Assembly (NCBI GenBank): GCA_963825405.1
Contig: CAWGTB010000012.1
Coordinates: forward strand, 121,615-185,614
Direction of reading: 5' to 3'
Length of the DNA stretch: 64,000 bases
DNA from: an uncultured Solibacteraceae bacterium
Lineage (GTDB): Bacteria; Acidobacteriota; Terriglobia; Bryobacterales; Bryobacteraceae
Within the stretch, counting starts at the first letter, position 1. Each line of letters starts with the position of its first letter. The notes below the pieces were generated by a model. That model made no database searches, was not told the origin of the DNA, and was given only the letters and a program-made list of their open reading frames with translations. The position numbers and the translations under genes were made by a program. This document shows positions 10,382-21,508 of the stretch, piece by piece.

Positions 10382-10635
10382 CGCCAGAAGGAAGAGACGC
10401 CGTTCGCATAGAAGCTGAGTGTAGCAAAGGCGCTTCCGAAGCTTGCAGGCTATTCAATTTACGAATTTTAATCGGCGCACGCGCTGCATCACCAGCCTGT
10501 CGTTCACCGGTGTTGCTAGAGCAGATTGGAGATAGCTGCGATAGCGTGCCAGATGCGGCTGCCGCTGGGCACACGGAACCCAGCGCGCCGATTTCGAATC
10601 CAATGTAGTAGCTGATGCGGAACGCGGAGGCGCAT

Positions 10636-11835
10636 ATGGAAAGGTTAAAAAGAGCACTCGACCCCACGCAGGTAGGAACGGAAGCTGGCAAGCTATCAGG
10701 CGGACTGCACCAGCGAATCGTTGGCCAGGACCAGGCCATCGACGCCGTCGTGAACGCCTATCAGACGTACATTGCCGGGATGAACAGTCCCGGCCGTCCA
10801 GTTGGCAACTTCCTGTTCCTGGGCCCCACTGGTTCGGGCAAGACGCACCTGGTGGAAGCCATGGCGGAGAGCCTGCTCGGGAACGCGAACGCGGTGGTCA
10901 AGATCGATTGCGCCGAGTTCCAGCACAGCCACGAGATTGCCAAGCTGATCGGCTCGCCTCCCGGATATCTCGGGCATCGCGAGACGCGGCCGCTGTTGAG
11001 CCAGGAGTCGCTCGACCAGTTTCAGACCGATAAGGTGAAGCTCAGTTTCGTGCTTTTCGACGAGATCGAAAAGGCCAGCGACGCCGTTTGGAACCTGTTG
11101 CTGGGCATTCTCGATAAAGCCACGCTCACTCTGGGCGACAATCGCCACGTGGATTTTTCGCGCTCCATGATCTTCCTGACCAGCAACCTGGGCGTCGGCG
11201 AGATGACCTCGATCCTGCGCCCCCGTCTCGGTTTCGCCGCCGGTGAGACCGAGCGCCAGCGCAAAGTGGTCGGCATCGACGAACGGGCCGCGGAGAAAGT
11301 TTCCCGCGCCGGCCTTGAAGCCGCGCGCCGCAAGTTCAGCCCGGAGTTCATGAACCGGCTGGACAAGATTGTGGTCTTTAAGCCTCTGGGCGACAGCGAA
11401 CTGCGCCAGATTCTCGATCTGGAGCTGAATCAGCTGCAGCAGCGCATTCTAGCCTCGGTGCAAGCCGTGCCGTTTGCGTTTTCGCTGACCGCTGGCGCCA
11501 AGGAGTTTTTGATTCGCGAAGGTACCGACGCCAAGTACGGCGCGCGTCACCTGAAACGCGCTATCGATCGCGCCCTGGTGCAGCCGCTTTCGAACCTGAT
11601 CGCCACCGGCCAGGTAAATGGCGGCGATTCGATCCGGGTGGATTTCGACTCCGCGCTGGGCTGCCTTGCCTTCTATAAAGGCGATGACGATTTGCCGGCC
11701 GAAGTGATCGACGCAATGGCCGATCCGGTTGTACCGGCCGCGGTGGCCGAATTGGCGCAAACCGCAGTGGTAGCCATGCCGCGCCCGGCGAAATACGCTT
11801 CCGCCAAGCTGGTTCGCACGCCGTTAAAGCAGTGA
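10636..11835 (+). CDS. single-ring AAA+ ATPase of ClpA/ClpB D2 type (AAA_2 plus ClpB_D2-small), no N-domain or D1
   Basis: Contains HQRIVGQDQAIDAVVNAY, Walker A GPTGSGKT and Walker B FVLFDEIEKA. Start set at the ATG at 10636, preceded by GGAGG at 10626..10630 (ORF opens at 10615). Confidence 0.8.
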   Translation: MERLKRALDPTQVGTEAGKLSGGLHQRIVGQDQAIDAVVNAYQTYIAGMNSPGRPVGNFLFLGPTGSGKTHLVEAMAESLLGNANAVVKIDCAEFQHSHEIAKLIGSPPGYLGHRETRPLLSQESLDQFQTDKVKLSFVLFDEIEKASDAVWNLLLGILDKATLTLGDNRHVDFSRSMIFLTSNLGVGEMTSILRPRLGFAAGETERQRKVVGIDERAAEKVSRAGLEAARRKFSPEFMNRLDKIVVFKPLGDSELRQILDLELNQLQQRILASVQAVPFAFSLTAGAKEFLIREGTDAKYGARHLKRAIDRALVQPLSNLIATGQVNGGDSIRVDFDSALGCLAFYKGDDDLPAEVIDAMADPVVPAAVAELAQTAVVAMPRPAKYASAKLVRTPLKQ

Positions 11836-11859
11836 TTTCCAGTACAATAGCGGCAATCC

Positions 11860-12645
11860 ATGAGCCGCGTTGCACTGATCCACTGGAATGCCGCGGAAGC
11901 CGAGGAACGCGCCGGGCGGCTGCGCAAAGCAGGCTACCGGGTCGAGGTGCCGGACGGGCAAAGCGGCGCTGCGATTCGCTCTTTGCGGGAAAGCCCGCCC
12001 GACGCTTTCGTCATCGATCTGAGCCGCATTCCGTCGCAGGGGATCGCGGTGGCGACTTTGCTGCGCCAGCAAAAAGCCACCCGCCCGGTGTCCATTGTCT
12101 TTGTCGATGGCGATCAGAACCGCATTGCGCGCGCCCGCCAGATGCTGCCCGACGCGGAATACACCACCTGGGACAAGATTCGCGAAGTGCTCGAGCGGGC
12201 GTTGAGCAATCCACCGGAAAATCCTGTCGTTCCTGGAACGATGGACGGCTACTCCGGCACTCCGCTGGCCAAGAAACTCGGCATCCGCGCGGGTTCGGTT
12301 GTGCTGCTGCTGGGTGCGCCGGCGGGATTCGAGCGCAAGCTGGGTGACCTGCCTGAGGGCGTGAAGTTTGGGAAACGCGCGCAAGGCAAAGGCAATCTGA
12401 TCCTGCAGTTTGCCAGCTCGCAGGCGGATTTGAAGCGCCGGTTTCCCGCCGCGCGGCGGGCGATGGCCGATCGGGCAGGGATGTGGATCGCCTGGCCAAA
12501 ACAGGCTTCCGGCGTTGAAACCGACTTGCGCGAGCCGCACGTCCGCTCGCTCGGCCTGGCCGCCGGACTGGTCGACTACAAAATCTGCGCCATCGATGCC
12601 ACCTGGTCGGGCCTTCTGTTTACGGAACGCAAGAAAGCTAAATGA
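11860..12645 (+). CDS. pseudo-receiver (CheY-like fold lacking the acidic pocket) fused to a DUF3052-like domain
   Basis: 261 aa. The N-terminus has a beta-alpha pattern with VIDLS but no DD pair. The C-terminus LAKKLGIRAGSVVLLLGAPAGF resembles DUF3052. Confidence 0.55.
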   Translation: MSRVALIHWNAAEAEERAGRLRKAGYRVEVPDGQSGAAIRSLRESPPDAFVIDLSRIPSQGIAVATLLRQQKATRPVSIVFVDGDQNRIARARQMLPDAEYTTWDKIREVLERALSNPPENPVVPGTMDGYSGTPLAKKLGIRAGSVVLLLGAPAGFERKLGDLPEGVKFGKRAQGKGNLILQFASSQADLKRRFPAARRAMADRAGMWIAWPKQASGVETDLREPHVRSLGLAAGLVDYKICAIDATWSGLLFTERKKAK

Positions 12646-14622
12646 GCGCGGCAATCCTGCGATTGGATCGCGCCATCTGCAGTTCTCTTGACGACGCTTT
12701 GCAGCGCGAGTGGCTGGAGACCAATGGATTGGGTGGCTACGCATCCTCCACCGTTGCCGGAGCCCACACGCGGCGCTATCACGGCCTGCTCATGGCAGCC
12801 ACCCAGCCGCCTGCCGGCCGCGTGCTGCTGCTGTCCAAGCTGGAAGAAACGCTGGTGGTCGGCGGCCAGCGATTCGAGCTCTCGGCGAACCGCTATCCCG
12901 GTGTTGTTCATCCTACCGGCTTTCAATATTTGGACGAGTTCCGCCTCGATCCATTTCCGGTGTTTACGTTCCTGGCCGGGGGCGTGGAGGTCGAGAAGCG
13001 CGTGTTCATGGTGCACGGCGAGAACACCACGGTGATCGAGTACCGGCTGCGCGGGCCGGATTGCGAGCTGGAACTTCGCCCGCTGATTGCGTTTCGGGAT
13101 TTTCATGCGACCACGCACCGCAACGATGCGCTTGATCCGGCTGTCACGCGCGGGCAGGGAATCACCAGCATCGCGCCCTATCCGCATCTGCCCCGGCTGT
13201 ACTTCGCGCATAACGCTGAGACAGTTGCCGATAGCGGCGTCTGGTATGAAAACTTCGAGTTCGATCGCGAACGCGAGCGCGGCCTGGATTATCGCGAAGA
13301 CCTTTTCAATCCCTTCGTAGCTACGTTTCGCGTGGCAGCGGGCGGCAGCGCCGTGGTCATCGCTTCCACGCAAGAGCGCGATGCGGCCGGCGCAGCCCGG
13401 CTCCAGGCTGCAGAGATCCAGCGGCGCGCGGCTGTGAGCGCCCCGCCCAGCGATGATCCGCTGGTGAAAACGTTGGCTGCCGCCGCGGACCAGTTCATCG
13501 TGCAGCGCGGCGAGCTGCAATCCGTCATCGCCGGCTACCATTGGTTTGGCGATTGGGGCCGGGACACCATGATCGCGCTGCCGGGGTTGACGCTCGTCAC
13601 CGGCCGCGCCGAGATTGCAAAAAATATCCTGCTGGCCTTCGCGCACAGCGCCGATCAGGGCATGCTGCCCAACCGTTTCCCGGATACGGGCGAGACGCCC
13701 GAATACAACACGGTCGATGCCACGCTCTGGTTTTTTGAAGCGGTGCGCGCGCTGCGGAAACAAACTGGCGACGCGGCGTTCGTCCGCGAGAAACTCTACG
13801 AACCGCTGCGCGAGATTTTCGCCTGGCACGTTGCAAGGCACCCGCTACGGAATCCGCGTGGATGACGATTGCCTGCTGCAATCGGGCGAGCCCGGTGTGC
13901 AGCTGACCTGGATGGACGCGAAGACGGACGGCAATGTGGTGACGCCGCGGCAGGGCAAACCGGTCGAAATTCAGGCGCTCTGGTACAACGCGGTGCGGGT
14001 GATGCAGGAGCTGGCGCACGATTTCGACGACGCCCCCATGCACTCCCTTTGCGAGGAATTGGGCAAGCGCGCCCGCGATAGCTTCAACCGCCTGTTCTGG
14101 AACGAGGCGGCCGGCTGCCTGTTCGACGTCATCGATGGCGACGCGCGCGACGCCTCGATCCGGCCCAACCAGGTGTTCGCCATCAGCCTTCCCCATTCCA
14201 TGCTGCGAATCGAGAGAGCGCGCTCGGTGTTGCAGGTGGTCGAGCGCGAATTGCTCACTCCCTACGGCCTGCGAACACTCTCGCCACGCGATACGCGCTA
14301 CATCGGACGGTACGAAGGCGATCCGCGCAGCCGCGATGCTGCCTATCATCAGGGCACCGTCTGGCCCTGGCTGATGGCGCCGTTCATTACTGCGTACTTG
14401 TCCGTTCATGGCCGCGGTGCGGCGGCGAGAGCGCAGGCCAGGCGGTGGATCGAACCGTTTCGTGCCCACGTCCAAATGGCCGGGCTGGGGCAGATTTCCG
14501 AGATCTTCGACGGTGACGCGCCCCATCAGCCGCGTGGCTGCATCGCCCAGGCGTGGAGCGTGGCCGAGTTGCTGCGTGTGCTGTTGGAAGAGATAAAATC
14601 AGTACCATTGGAGGACGTATGA
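12642..14622 (+). CDS. glycogen debranching enzyme-type amylo-alpha-1,6-glucosidase (GDE_N/GDE_C), frame broken at 13830 (ORFs 12642..13865 and 13615..14622)
   Basis: Contains [42 protein letters not shown], then (+1 frame) GTRYGIRVD...QLTWMDAK...EIQALWYN...[10 protein letters not shown]. Confidence 0.8.
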
Positions 14623-16244
14623 AAAAAGTTCTGCTTATATTGCTGAGTGCTGGCCTGGCCTTGGCGCAACACGAGCATGCGTCCGCACCCGCCAAGCCCG
14701 CCGTCCTGATGGAGGGCTATGGCCGGCACCATCACCCCATCGCGTCGACATCTGACGAAGCCCAGAAATTTTTCGATCAGGGCCTGGAACTGGTGTTCGG
14801 GTTCAACCACGACGAAGCCGTGCGCTCGTTTAAGCGCGCCGCCGAACTGGATCCCAGGGCCGCCATGCCGCACTGGGGAATCGCTTTCGCCATGGGCCCG
14901 AACTACAATTTGCCCGCCGTGCCCGAGCGTGAGAAAGCCGCCTGGGACGCGATGCAGCAGGCGGTCGCGCGCAAAGCCGGCGCTCCCCAGCACGAACAGG
15001 ATTACATCGACGCCCTGGCTAGGCGCTATTCCTCCGACCCCAATGTAGACCGCATGGGACTCGCGCGCGCGTTCAAAGATGCCATGGGCGAGCTGGCGCG
15101 TAAGTATCCCGACGATCTGGATGCCGCCACCATCTACGCCGAATCCGCCATGGACCTGCATCCCTGGGCGCTGTACAAGGCTGACGGCACTGCCAACGAA
15201 GGCACCGACGAAATCGTGGCCGTGCTGGAAGGCGTGATGCGCCGCGACCCCAATCACCCTGGCGCGAATCACTATTACATTCACGCCGTCGAAGCTTCCA
15301 ACCGGCCCGAACGCGCGCTCGACAGCGCCAACCGGCTGCCGGCGCTGGTGCCCGCCGCGGGGCACCTGGTACATATGCCGTCGCACATTTACGCGCGAAC
15401 CGGGGATTGGGAAGCGTCCGCCATCAGCAACGTGCGCGCCGCCGAAGCCGATCGTAAATATATCCAGGACAGCGGCGCCACCGGCATGTACCCGATGATG
15501 TATTACAGCCACAATCTGCATTTCATCGCGATTTCGCGCGCCATGCAGGGCCGGTTTGACGAAGCGTTGGAAGCGGCCAAGCAACTGTCGGGCAACGTCG
15601 CGCCGGGCGTGATCGAGATGCCGATGATCCAGGCCTTTCTGACTATCGAGTGGGAGACGCTGGTGCGCTTCCGCAAGTGGGATGAAGTACTGCGCATCGC
15701 CCGTCCCGACGAGCGCCTGGCGGTGGCGATGCCTTTGTATCACTTCTCGCGCGGCGCGGCGCTCGCCGGCAAGATGCAAGCCAAGGAAGCCGAAACCGAG
15801 CGCGGCTTGTTCGCCGCCGCCGTCGCCAAAGTGCCGTCGGACGCGACCTTCGGCATGGAGAACGCGCAGAAGGTGATGGCCGTGGCCGCTGCCGAGTTCG
15901 ACGCGCGTTTGGCCAGAGCGCGCGGCGACATCGATGCCGAAATCGGCCACTGGCGCCGGGCAGTAGAAGCGCAGGATGCGTTGATGTATTCCGAGCCGCC
16001 GACCTGGTATTACCCGCTGCGCGAATCTCTGGGCGGTGCGCTGCTGCGCAAAGGCGATGCCACCGCAGCCGAAGCCGTTTTCCGCGCCGACCTCGCCAAG
16101 AACCCGCGCAACGGCCGGTCGCTTTTGGGCCTCCATGAAGCCTTGAAGCGCCAGGGGCGAGACGCCGCAGCCTCTTGGGTGAAGCTCGAATTCGGCGCCG
16201 CCTGGCCGCCCGAAGGCGAGAAGCTCACGGCCGATTTGCTTTAA
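14619..16244 (+). CDS. secreted TPR-like repeat protein, unknown function
   Basis: Start at [17 protein letters not shown] (GGAGGA 4 nt upstream; ATGA overlap with the previous stop). All-helical repeats such as [32 protein letters not shown]. Confidence 0.6.
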   Translation: MKKVLLILLSAGLALAQHEHASAPAKPAVLMEGYGRHHHPIASTSDEAQKFFDQGLELVFGFNHDEAVRSFKRAAELDPRAAMPHWGIAFAMGPNYNLPAVPEREKAAWDAMQQAVARKAGAPQHEQDYIDALARRYSSDPNVDRMGLARAFKDAMGELARKYPDDLDAATIYAESAMDLHPWALYKADGTANEGTDEIVAVLEGVMRRDPNHPGANHYYIHAVEASNRPERALDSANRLPALVPAAGHLVHMPSHIYARTGDWEASAISNVRAAEADRKYIQDSGATGMYPMMYYSHNLHFIAISRAMQGRFDEALEAAKQLSGNVAPGVIEMPMIQAFLTIEWETLVRFRKWDEVLRIARPDERLAVAMPLYHFSRGAALAGKMQAKEAETERGLFAAAVAKVPSDATFGMENAQKVMAVAAAEFDARLARARGDIDAEIGHWRRAVEAQDALMYSEPPTWYYPLRESLGGALLRKGDATAAEAVFRADLAKNPRNGRSLLGLHEALKRQGRDAAASWVKLEFGAAWPPEGEKLTADLL

Positions 16245-16296
16245 GAACTTAAAAGGAACAAAGACTGGCGAACCTTCGTCTGCTAAATAGGTCCTC

Positions 16297-17560
16297 GTGG
16301 CTGATAATCGACAATTTCGTCCTAGCGCCTCCTTTTGGGAGGCTACCCGTATTGCGCTGGATTCATTGCGCAAAAACAAGCTGCGCAGTTTCCTGACCTT
16401 GCTCGGCATCATTCTCGCCACCACCACGCTCATCGCCGTCACCGCACTAATCCACGGCATGAATGTTTACATCGCCGAGAAGGTTTCCAACATGGGCGCC
16501 GACGGATTCCGTATTGTCCGCATGGCATTTTTCGGCAACTGGGATCCTAAGAAGTTTCTCGAGATGCAGAAGCGCAACCCGCAAATCAAGCGCGAGGAGT
16601 ACGAGTTTCATCCGCCAAAGCGCCAATCTGCTCAAAGGCATCGGCATGATGGCCTCGCGGCAGGCGCGCGTGTCGTATCAGGGCATTTCGACCATGGACG
16701 TCAACATTCAGGGCATCACCGAGAACATCGCGGTGATCAACAACGTGCAGGAGTCCGACGCCGGCCACGCCATTACGCCGGAAGAAGCGCAGCGCCATGC
16801 GCGGGTGGCTTTCATCGGCAACGACCTGCGCATCCGCTTTTTTGAAGGCCGCGATCCCATCGGCAAGGTAATCCAGATTGAGGGCATTCCTTATGAGGTG
16901 ATCGGCGTCGCCAAGGCGCTGGGCAGCGTCTTCGGACAATCCCAGGACAACTTCGTCATGATCCCCATCGAGAGTTATTTCAAGACCTATGGCTCTCACG
17001 ACGGGATTCGCCTGGTAGCCAAAGCCGTCGATCAGCAGCATCTCATCGAAGCCCAGGACGAAACGCGTATGCTGCTGCGATCTTACCGTCACCTGCGGCC
17101 GGGTCAGGATGACAATTTCTCGTTGTTCGCGTCAGAGACGTTTGTAGATCTTTGGCAACGGCTCACGTCGACGATTGCTGCCATGGCGGTGGGCATTGTT
17201 TCCGTGTTCATGGTGGTGGGCGGGATTGTGATCATGAACATCATGCTGGCGGTCGTGACGGAGCGGACTCACGAGATCGGCATCCGCAAGTCGCTGGGGG
17301 CGCGGCGGCGCGACATCCTGAATCAATACCTGGTGGAATCTTCGGTGCTGGCCGCAACTGGCGGTCTGATTGGCGTGGCGGTAGCTTGGCTGCTCGCGCT
17401 GGTAGTGCGCAATTTCACACCCGTCCCGATGGTGCTGCCCTATTCCTCCATCCTGATCGGCGTGGGGCTTTCGGCGGTAGTGGGGCTGTTTTTTGGCATC
17501 TACCCGGCGCGCCAGGCCGCCCGCCTCGATCCGATTGAAGCGCTCCGAGCAGAGAAATAA
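16297..17560 (+). CDS. MacB/FtsX-type ABC transporter permease (MacB_PCD plus FtsX), frame broken at 16606-16608 (ORFs 16297..16845 and 16463..17560)
   Basis: N-terminus ALDSLRKNKLRSFLTLLGIILA. C-terminus TERTHEIGIRKSLGARRRDI...YPARQAARLDPIEALR. The junction reads REEYEF/IRQSANLL. Confidence 0.85.
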
Positions 17561-17563
17561 TCC

Positions 17564-18802
17564 ATGACCAAGCTGGCTTTCCTCAACGGCGTCACGCTCG
17601 CGTTTCAAACCATTCGGACGCATAAGCTGCGTGCGTTCCTCACGGTACTGGGCGTGATCATGGGCACCGGGACGATCATCGGCATCAGCGCCATCCTGAC
17701 CGGATTTGATACGACTGTGACCGGCGTGCTGCGCAGTTTCGGACCCAACTCGATCATCGTTTTCAAATTCCCCGTGGGATTCCGGGTGACCAACCTGAGT
17801 CCGGAGGAGCGGGTCCGCAAGAATCTGACTTACGAAAACGCCCTGCACATCAAAGAGCGGTGCCCTTCGGTGCAGGAAGTTTCCGCGATGCTCTTTGCCA
17901 ACCGCAACATTGTCAACGTCCGCTATCAGGGTAACGAGTTGTATGACATCAACCTGTTCGGCGTGGATGAATCCTACGCAAACAACGGCCAAGTGGATAT
18001 CCATCTCGGGAGGTTTTTTGCCGACGAGGAAAGCCGGCGCAGGATGCCCGTCGCTGTGATTGGCGCCGATGTTGAGAAAGGCCTCTTCGCCAATGTCGAT
18101 CCGCTCGGCAAAACAATTGTCGTGGACGGCCATCAGTTCCTGGTGGTCGGCACCATGCTGCGGCCGGCGGCGTCGTTTTTTGGCGACCAGGACACTCGCG
18201 TCCTTTTGCCTTATTGGACCATGCAAAAGATGTACCCCAACGCGAGGGAGAATGCCATCGTGGTGACGGCGGTGGACGGCAAACTCGGCAAGGCCATGGA
18301 TGAAGTCCGCACCGTGCTGCGCATCGACCGACGCGTGCCTTACACCAAGCCTGACGACTTTTCGCTCTCGACGGCGGAGCAGATGGTTGCCGATTTCCGC
18401 CAGATCACGGCGATGACTTTCCTGGTCATGGCTGTGCTCAGCTCGGTAGGCCTGCTGGTGGGTGGCATCGGCGTGATGAACATCATGCTGGTCTCCGTCA
18501 CCGAGCGCACGCAGGAGATTGGCTTGCGCAAGGCGGTGGGCGCGAGAAAAAGCGATATCGTGATTCAGTTTCTGCTGGAAGCGGCTGCGCTGACCGGATT
18601 AGGCGGCATCGCCGGGATTATTTTCGGCTGGCTCATCTCGCTCGTCGCCCGGCTCGTTTTCACGTCGCTGCCGGCGTCGGTACCGTTGTGGGCAGCCGTT
18701 CTCGGCATCGTGATGTCGGTGGGCGTCGGCCTGTTCTTCGGCATCTGGCCCGCCAACAAAGCCGCGCGGCTCGACCCAGTTGTCGCGCTGCGCTACGAAT
18801 AG
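17564..18802 (+). CDS. MacB/FtsX-type ABC transporter permease
   Basis: 412 aa with RTHKLRAFLTVLGVIMG, TERTQEIGLRKAVGARKSDI and WPANKAARLDPVVALRYE. Confidence 0.9.
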   Translation: MTKLAFLNGVTLAFQTIRTHKLRAFLTVLGVIMGTGTIIGISAILTGFDTTVTGVLRSFGPNSIIVFKFPVGFRVTNLSPEERVRKNLTYENALHIKERCPSVQEVSAMLFANRNIVNVRYQGNELYDINLFGVDESYANNGQVDIHLGRFFADEESRRRMPVAVIGADVEKGLFANVDPLGKTIVVDGHQFLVVGTMLRPAASFFGDQDTRVLLPYWTMQKMYPNARENAIVVTAVDGKLGKAMDEVRTVLRIDRRVPYTKPDDFSLSTAEQMVADFRQITAMTFLVMAVLSSVGLLVGGIGVMNIMLVSVTERTQEIGLRKAVGARKSDIVIQFLLEAAALTGLGGIAGIIFGWLISLVARLVFTSLPASVPLWAAVLGIVMSVGVGLFFGIWPANKAARLDPVVALRYE

Positions 18803-18810
18803 CGGTCCAT

Positions 18811-20673
18811 TTACGGCAGTGCGAACGCCACCACGCTATCGCCCTGTTTGGTTCCCAGCTTGCCGTGGCCTCCGGCGCAAATCACGATGAACTGCTTGCC
18901 TCCCACACTGTAGGACATGGGCGTGGCCTGGGCGCTGGCCGGCAGCTCAAACTTCCAGACCTCTTTCCCGGTGGCGGTTTCGAAGGCGCGCAGGTAGGTG
19001 TCCATCGCCGCGGCGGTGAAGATCAGGCCGCCGGCTGTCGCCATCGGTCCGCCCAGGTTCAGAGAACCGGCGGTGCCCCCGGGAATCAGCGAGCCTAGCG
19101 GTGTTTCCCACAGTTTCTTCCCGGAATGCAGATCGACGCCAACCAGCGCGCCCCACGGCGGCGCATTGCAGGGCAGTCCGTTGGGCGCGCGCAGAGGCTC
19201 GCGGTACATGGCGTAGGGAGTTCCGGTCTGGCGGCCGAACTCGCCGTTGAGGCGGTTTTTCTTGGCGGAGTCGCGCTCCTCCGCTAGCTTGTCGCGCGGA
19301 ATCAGCTTGATCATGAAGGCCAGGCGGTCGGTGTTGGCGACCAGTATGCCGCGCGCCGGGTCGATGGCAGCGCTGCCCCAATTGACGCCGCCCACGTTGC
19401 CGGGAAAGGCCAGCGTGCCTTCCAGACTTGGCGGCGTGAACAGGCCTTCATTGCGCAGGGAGGCGATTTTGTCGTGGCAGAATTTCTTGTCTTCGGGCGT
19501 GACGCCGAACGCATCGTCGGCGGTCATCGATTGCGGAACCAGCGGCTCGTTGGCGGGGAACGGTTGCGTCGGCGACACCTCTTCGCCCGGCACGTGGCTC
19601 TTCGGCACAGGGCGTTCTTCCACTGGCAGCAGCGGTTTGCCGGACTCGCGGTTCAACAGAAACAGGTGGCCGATTTTGGTCGTGACCGCGACGGCGGGAA
19701 TTTTTCCGTCGAACAGAAATAGCGATGGCTGCGAGGCGACGTCGTAATCCCACAAATCGTGATGCGCCACTTGAAACGCCCAGACCAGTTCGCCGGTGGA
19801 CGCGCGCAGTGCCGCCACGGAATCCGCATTGGCATTGTTTCCGGGGCGCTGGCCGCCGTAGAAATCCGGGCTGGCGCTGCCGGTGGGCACAAAGATCAAG
19901 TCGCGCGCGGGATCGGCGGAAATCACCGACCACGCATTGGCGGCGCCGGTGCGCGGAGTATTTTGTTTGGCCCAGGGAATGGGATCCCAGCTCCAGCGCA
20001 GCGCGCCACTGCGGGCGTCAAAGGCGCGCACGACGCCGCGCTCGACGTCGGCGGCGCGATTGTCGCCAATCGACGACCCGACGATCACCAGTTCGCCCAC
20101 GACCGTAGGCGGCGACGTCACCTGGTAATCGCCGCGGTCGCGCAGCCCGACATCTTGCGTGAGATCCACCTGGCCATTCGACCCAAAATCGGCGCACGGT
20201 TTTCCGGTTGCGCCATCGAGCGCGATCAGGCGGGCGTCGATGGTGCCCATGAAAATGCGCGAACGGCAGGTGGCGCGAGGCGCGGCTTTGCTGTCCAGCC
20301 AGGCGGCTACACCGCGCGAGGTGACTTCGGAATAGGGCTGATCGCGTTTGACGCCGGGATCGTACTTCCATTTTTCGGCGCCGCTGGCAGGGTCGAGCGC
20401 AATCACGTGATTAAACGGCGTGCTGAGGTAAAGCATGCCATTGACGAGAATCGGCGTGGCTTCGAACGCTGCCCTTTGGTTCGCTACGGACTCCGGCTGC
20501 ATGGCGCCGGTGTGGTACGTCCAAGCCACCTTAAGGTGCACGACATTGCCGCGATCTATTTGCTTGAGAGGCGAGAAACGGGTACCGCCGGCGTCGGCGC
20601 CGTAGTGCGTCCAGTCTCCCTCTTGCGCGAAAAGACGAAGCGTCAGCAGCAGAAGCAGCGGTGAAGTTCGCAT
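18811..20673 (-). CDS. PQQ-dependent dehydrogenase (8-bladed propeller, glucose/quinate class), secreted
   Basis: 620 aa with a signal peptide, then DWTHYGADAGGTRFSPLKQIDRGNVVHLKVAWTY, typical of quinoproteins. Confidence 0.8.
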   Translation of the reverse strand: MRTSPLLLLLTLRLFAQEGDWTHYGADAGGTRFSPLKQIDRGNVVHLKVAWTYHTGAMQPESVANQRAAFEATPILVNGMLYLSTPFNHVIALDPASGAEKWKYDPGVKRDQPYSEVTSRGVAAWLDSKAAPRATCRSRIFMGTIDARLIALDGATGKPCADFGSNGQVDLTQDVGLRDRGDYQVTSPPTVVGELVIVGSSIGDNRAADVERGVVRAFDARSGALRWSWDPIPWAKQNTPRTGAANAWSVISADPARDLIFVPTGSASPDFYGGQRPGNNANADSVAALRASTGELVWAFQVAHHDLWDYDVASQPSLFLFDGKIPAVAVTTKIGHLFLLNRESGKPLLPVEERPVPKSHVPGEEVSPTQPFPANEPLVPQSMTADDAFGVTPEDKKFCHDKIASLRNEGLFTPPSLEGTLAFPGNVGGVNWGSAAIDPARGILVANTDRLAFMIKLIPRDKLAEERDSAKKNRLNGEFGRQTGTPYAMYREPLRAPNGLPCNAPPWGALVGVDLHSGKKLWETPLGSLIPGGTAGSLNLGGPMATAGGLIFTAAAMDTYLRAFETATGKEVWKFELPASAQATPMSYSVGGKQFIVICAGGHGKLGTKQGDSVVAFALP

Positions 20674-20731
20674 AGCGTTTTACCTCCCTAGAATACGCCT
20701 CCCGGCAACCAAAGGTTCCCGCATCCGCCTG

Positions 20732-21112
20732 TTGTACAGTGGAAACTTGGCGATTCGGGTACGCAATCTCACGCGCAACACAGTGCTGGCCGATCATGCC
20801 GACGTGGCCGACACCAGCGCCAAGCGCCGCACCGGTCTTCTGAAGCACACCGGTCTTGCGGCAGGCGAAGGGCTGTGGATCGCCCCTTGCGAAGGGGTTC
20901 ACAGCTTCTTCATGAAATTCACGATCGACGTGCTTTATCTGGATCGCAAGCACCGCGTGCGCAAGCTGCGGCCGCACATGGCTCCGTGGAGAATTTCGCT
21001 GTGTCTGCAGGCGGATTCGGTGCTGGAACTGCCGGCGGGCGCGATCGCGGCCACGGGCACCGAGCGCGGCGATCAGCTGGAGATCGAGAAGCTCAGCTCG
21101 CCTTCTGCGTAA
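20732..21112 (+). CDS. DUF192 (COG1430) family protein
   Basis: 126 aa (TTG start) with RRTGLLKH..GLWIAPCEGVHSFFMKFTIDVLYLD. Confidence 0.65.
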   Translation: MYSGNLAIRVRNLTRNTVLADHADVADTSAKRRTGLLKHTGLAAGEGLWIAPCEGVHSFFMKFTIDVLYLDRKHRVRKLRPHMAPWRISLCLQADSVLELPAGAIAATGTERGDQLEIEKLSSPSA

Positions 21113-21504
21113 TCGTCATGCGGCGGTGATCTTTGAGGATGCAGCGGTCCATCACCACCGCCAGTCCGGCGGCGCGCGCCGTGTTGGCCGCTTCCTCGTG
21201 CACGACGCCTTCCTGCATCCAGATAACGTGAGCGCCGATTTGTATCGCGTCCGCCACAATCTCCGGCACAAATTCTGAGCGGCGGAAAATGTCGACGATA
21301 TCGACCGGACTCGGGAATCGCTTCGAGGCTGGGGTAGCACTTCTCGCCGAGCACTTCAGTCTCATGCGGATTCACCGGGATGATGCGATAGCCGGCGCGC
21401 TGCATGTACTCCGCCACGCCGTAGCTGGGACGGTAGCGTTTGCTCGAGAGGCCAACCACCGCGATGGTGCGGGAGTTCCGGATGACATCGAAGGCTGGGG
21501 ACAT
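21093..21504 (-). CDS. CoA-binding protein (YccU / CoA_binding_2), frame broken near 21309
   Basis: Reads MSPAFDVIRNSRTIAVVGLS..YRIIPVNPHETEVLGEKCYPSLEAIPE, then (+1 frame) PVDIVDIFRRSEFVPEIVADAIQIGAHVIWMQEG. Confidence 0.75.
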
Positions 21505-21508
21505 AGCG

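Noticed and set aside
14526-16460. Very long ORFs antisense to, or out of frame with, well-supported genes. Examples: 14526..16460 (644 aa), 58980..60626 (548 aa), 52406..53875 (489 aa), 12576..13841, 48521..49699, 28626..29753, 55691..56806, 17132..18226 and 27470..28549.
   Set aside because: Their composition is Arg/Ala/Gly/His/Pro-rich and they lack motifs. Each overlaps a gene with clear family signatures on the other strand or frame. This is the expected stop-codon-poor shadow of GC-rich coding sequence.
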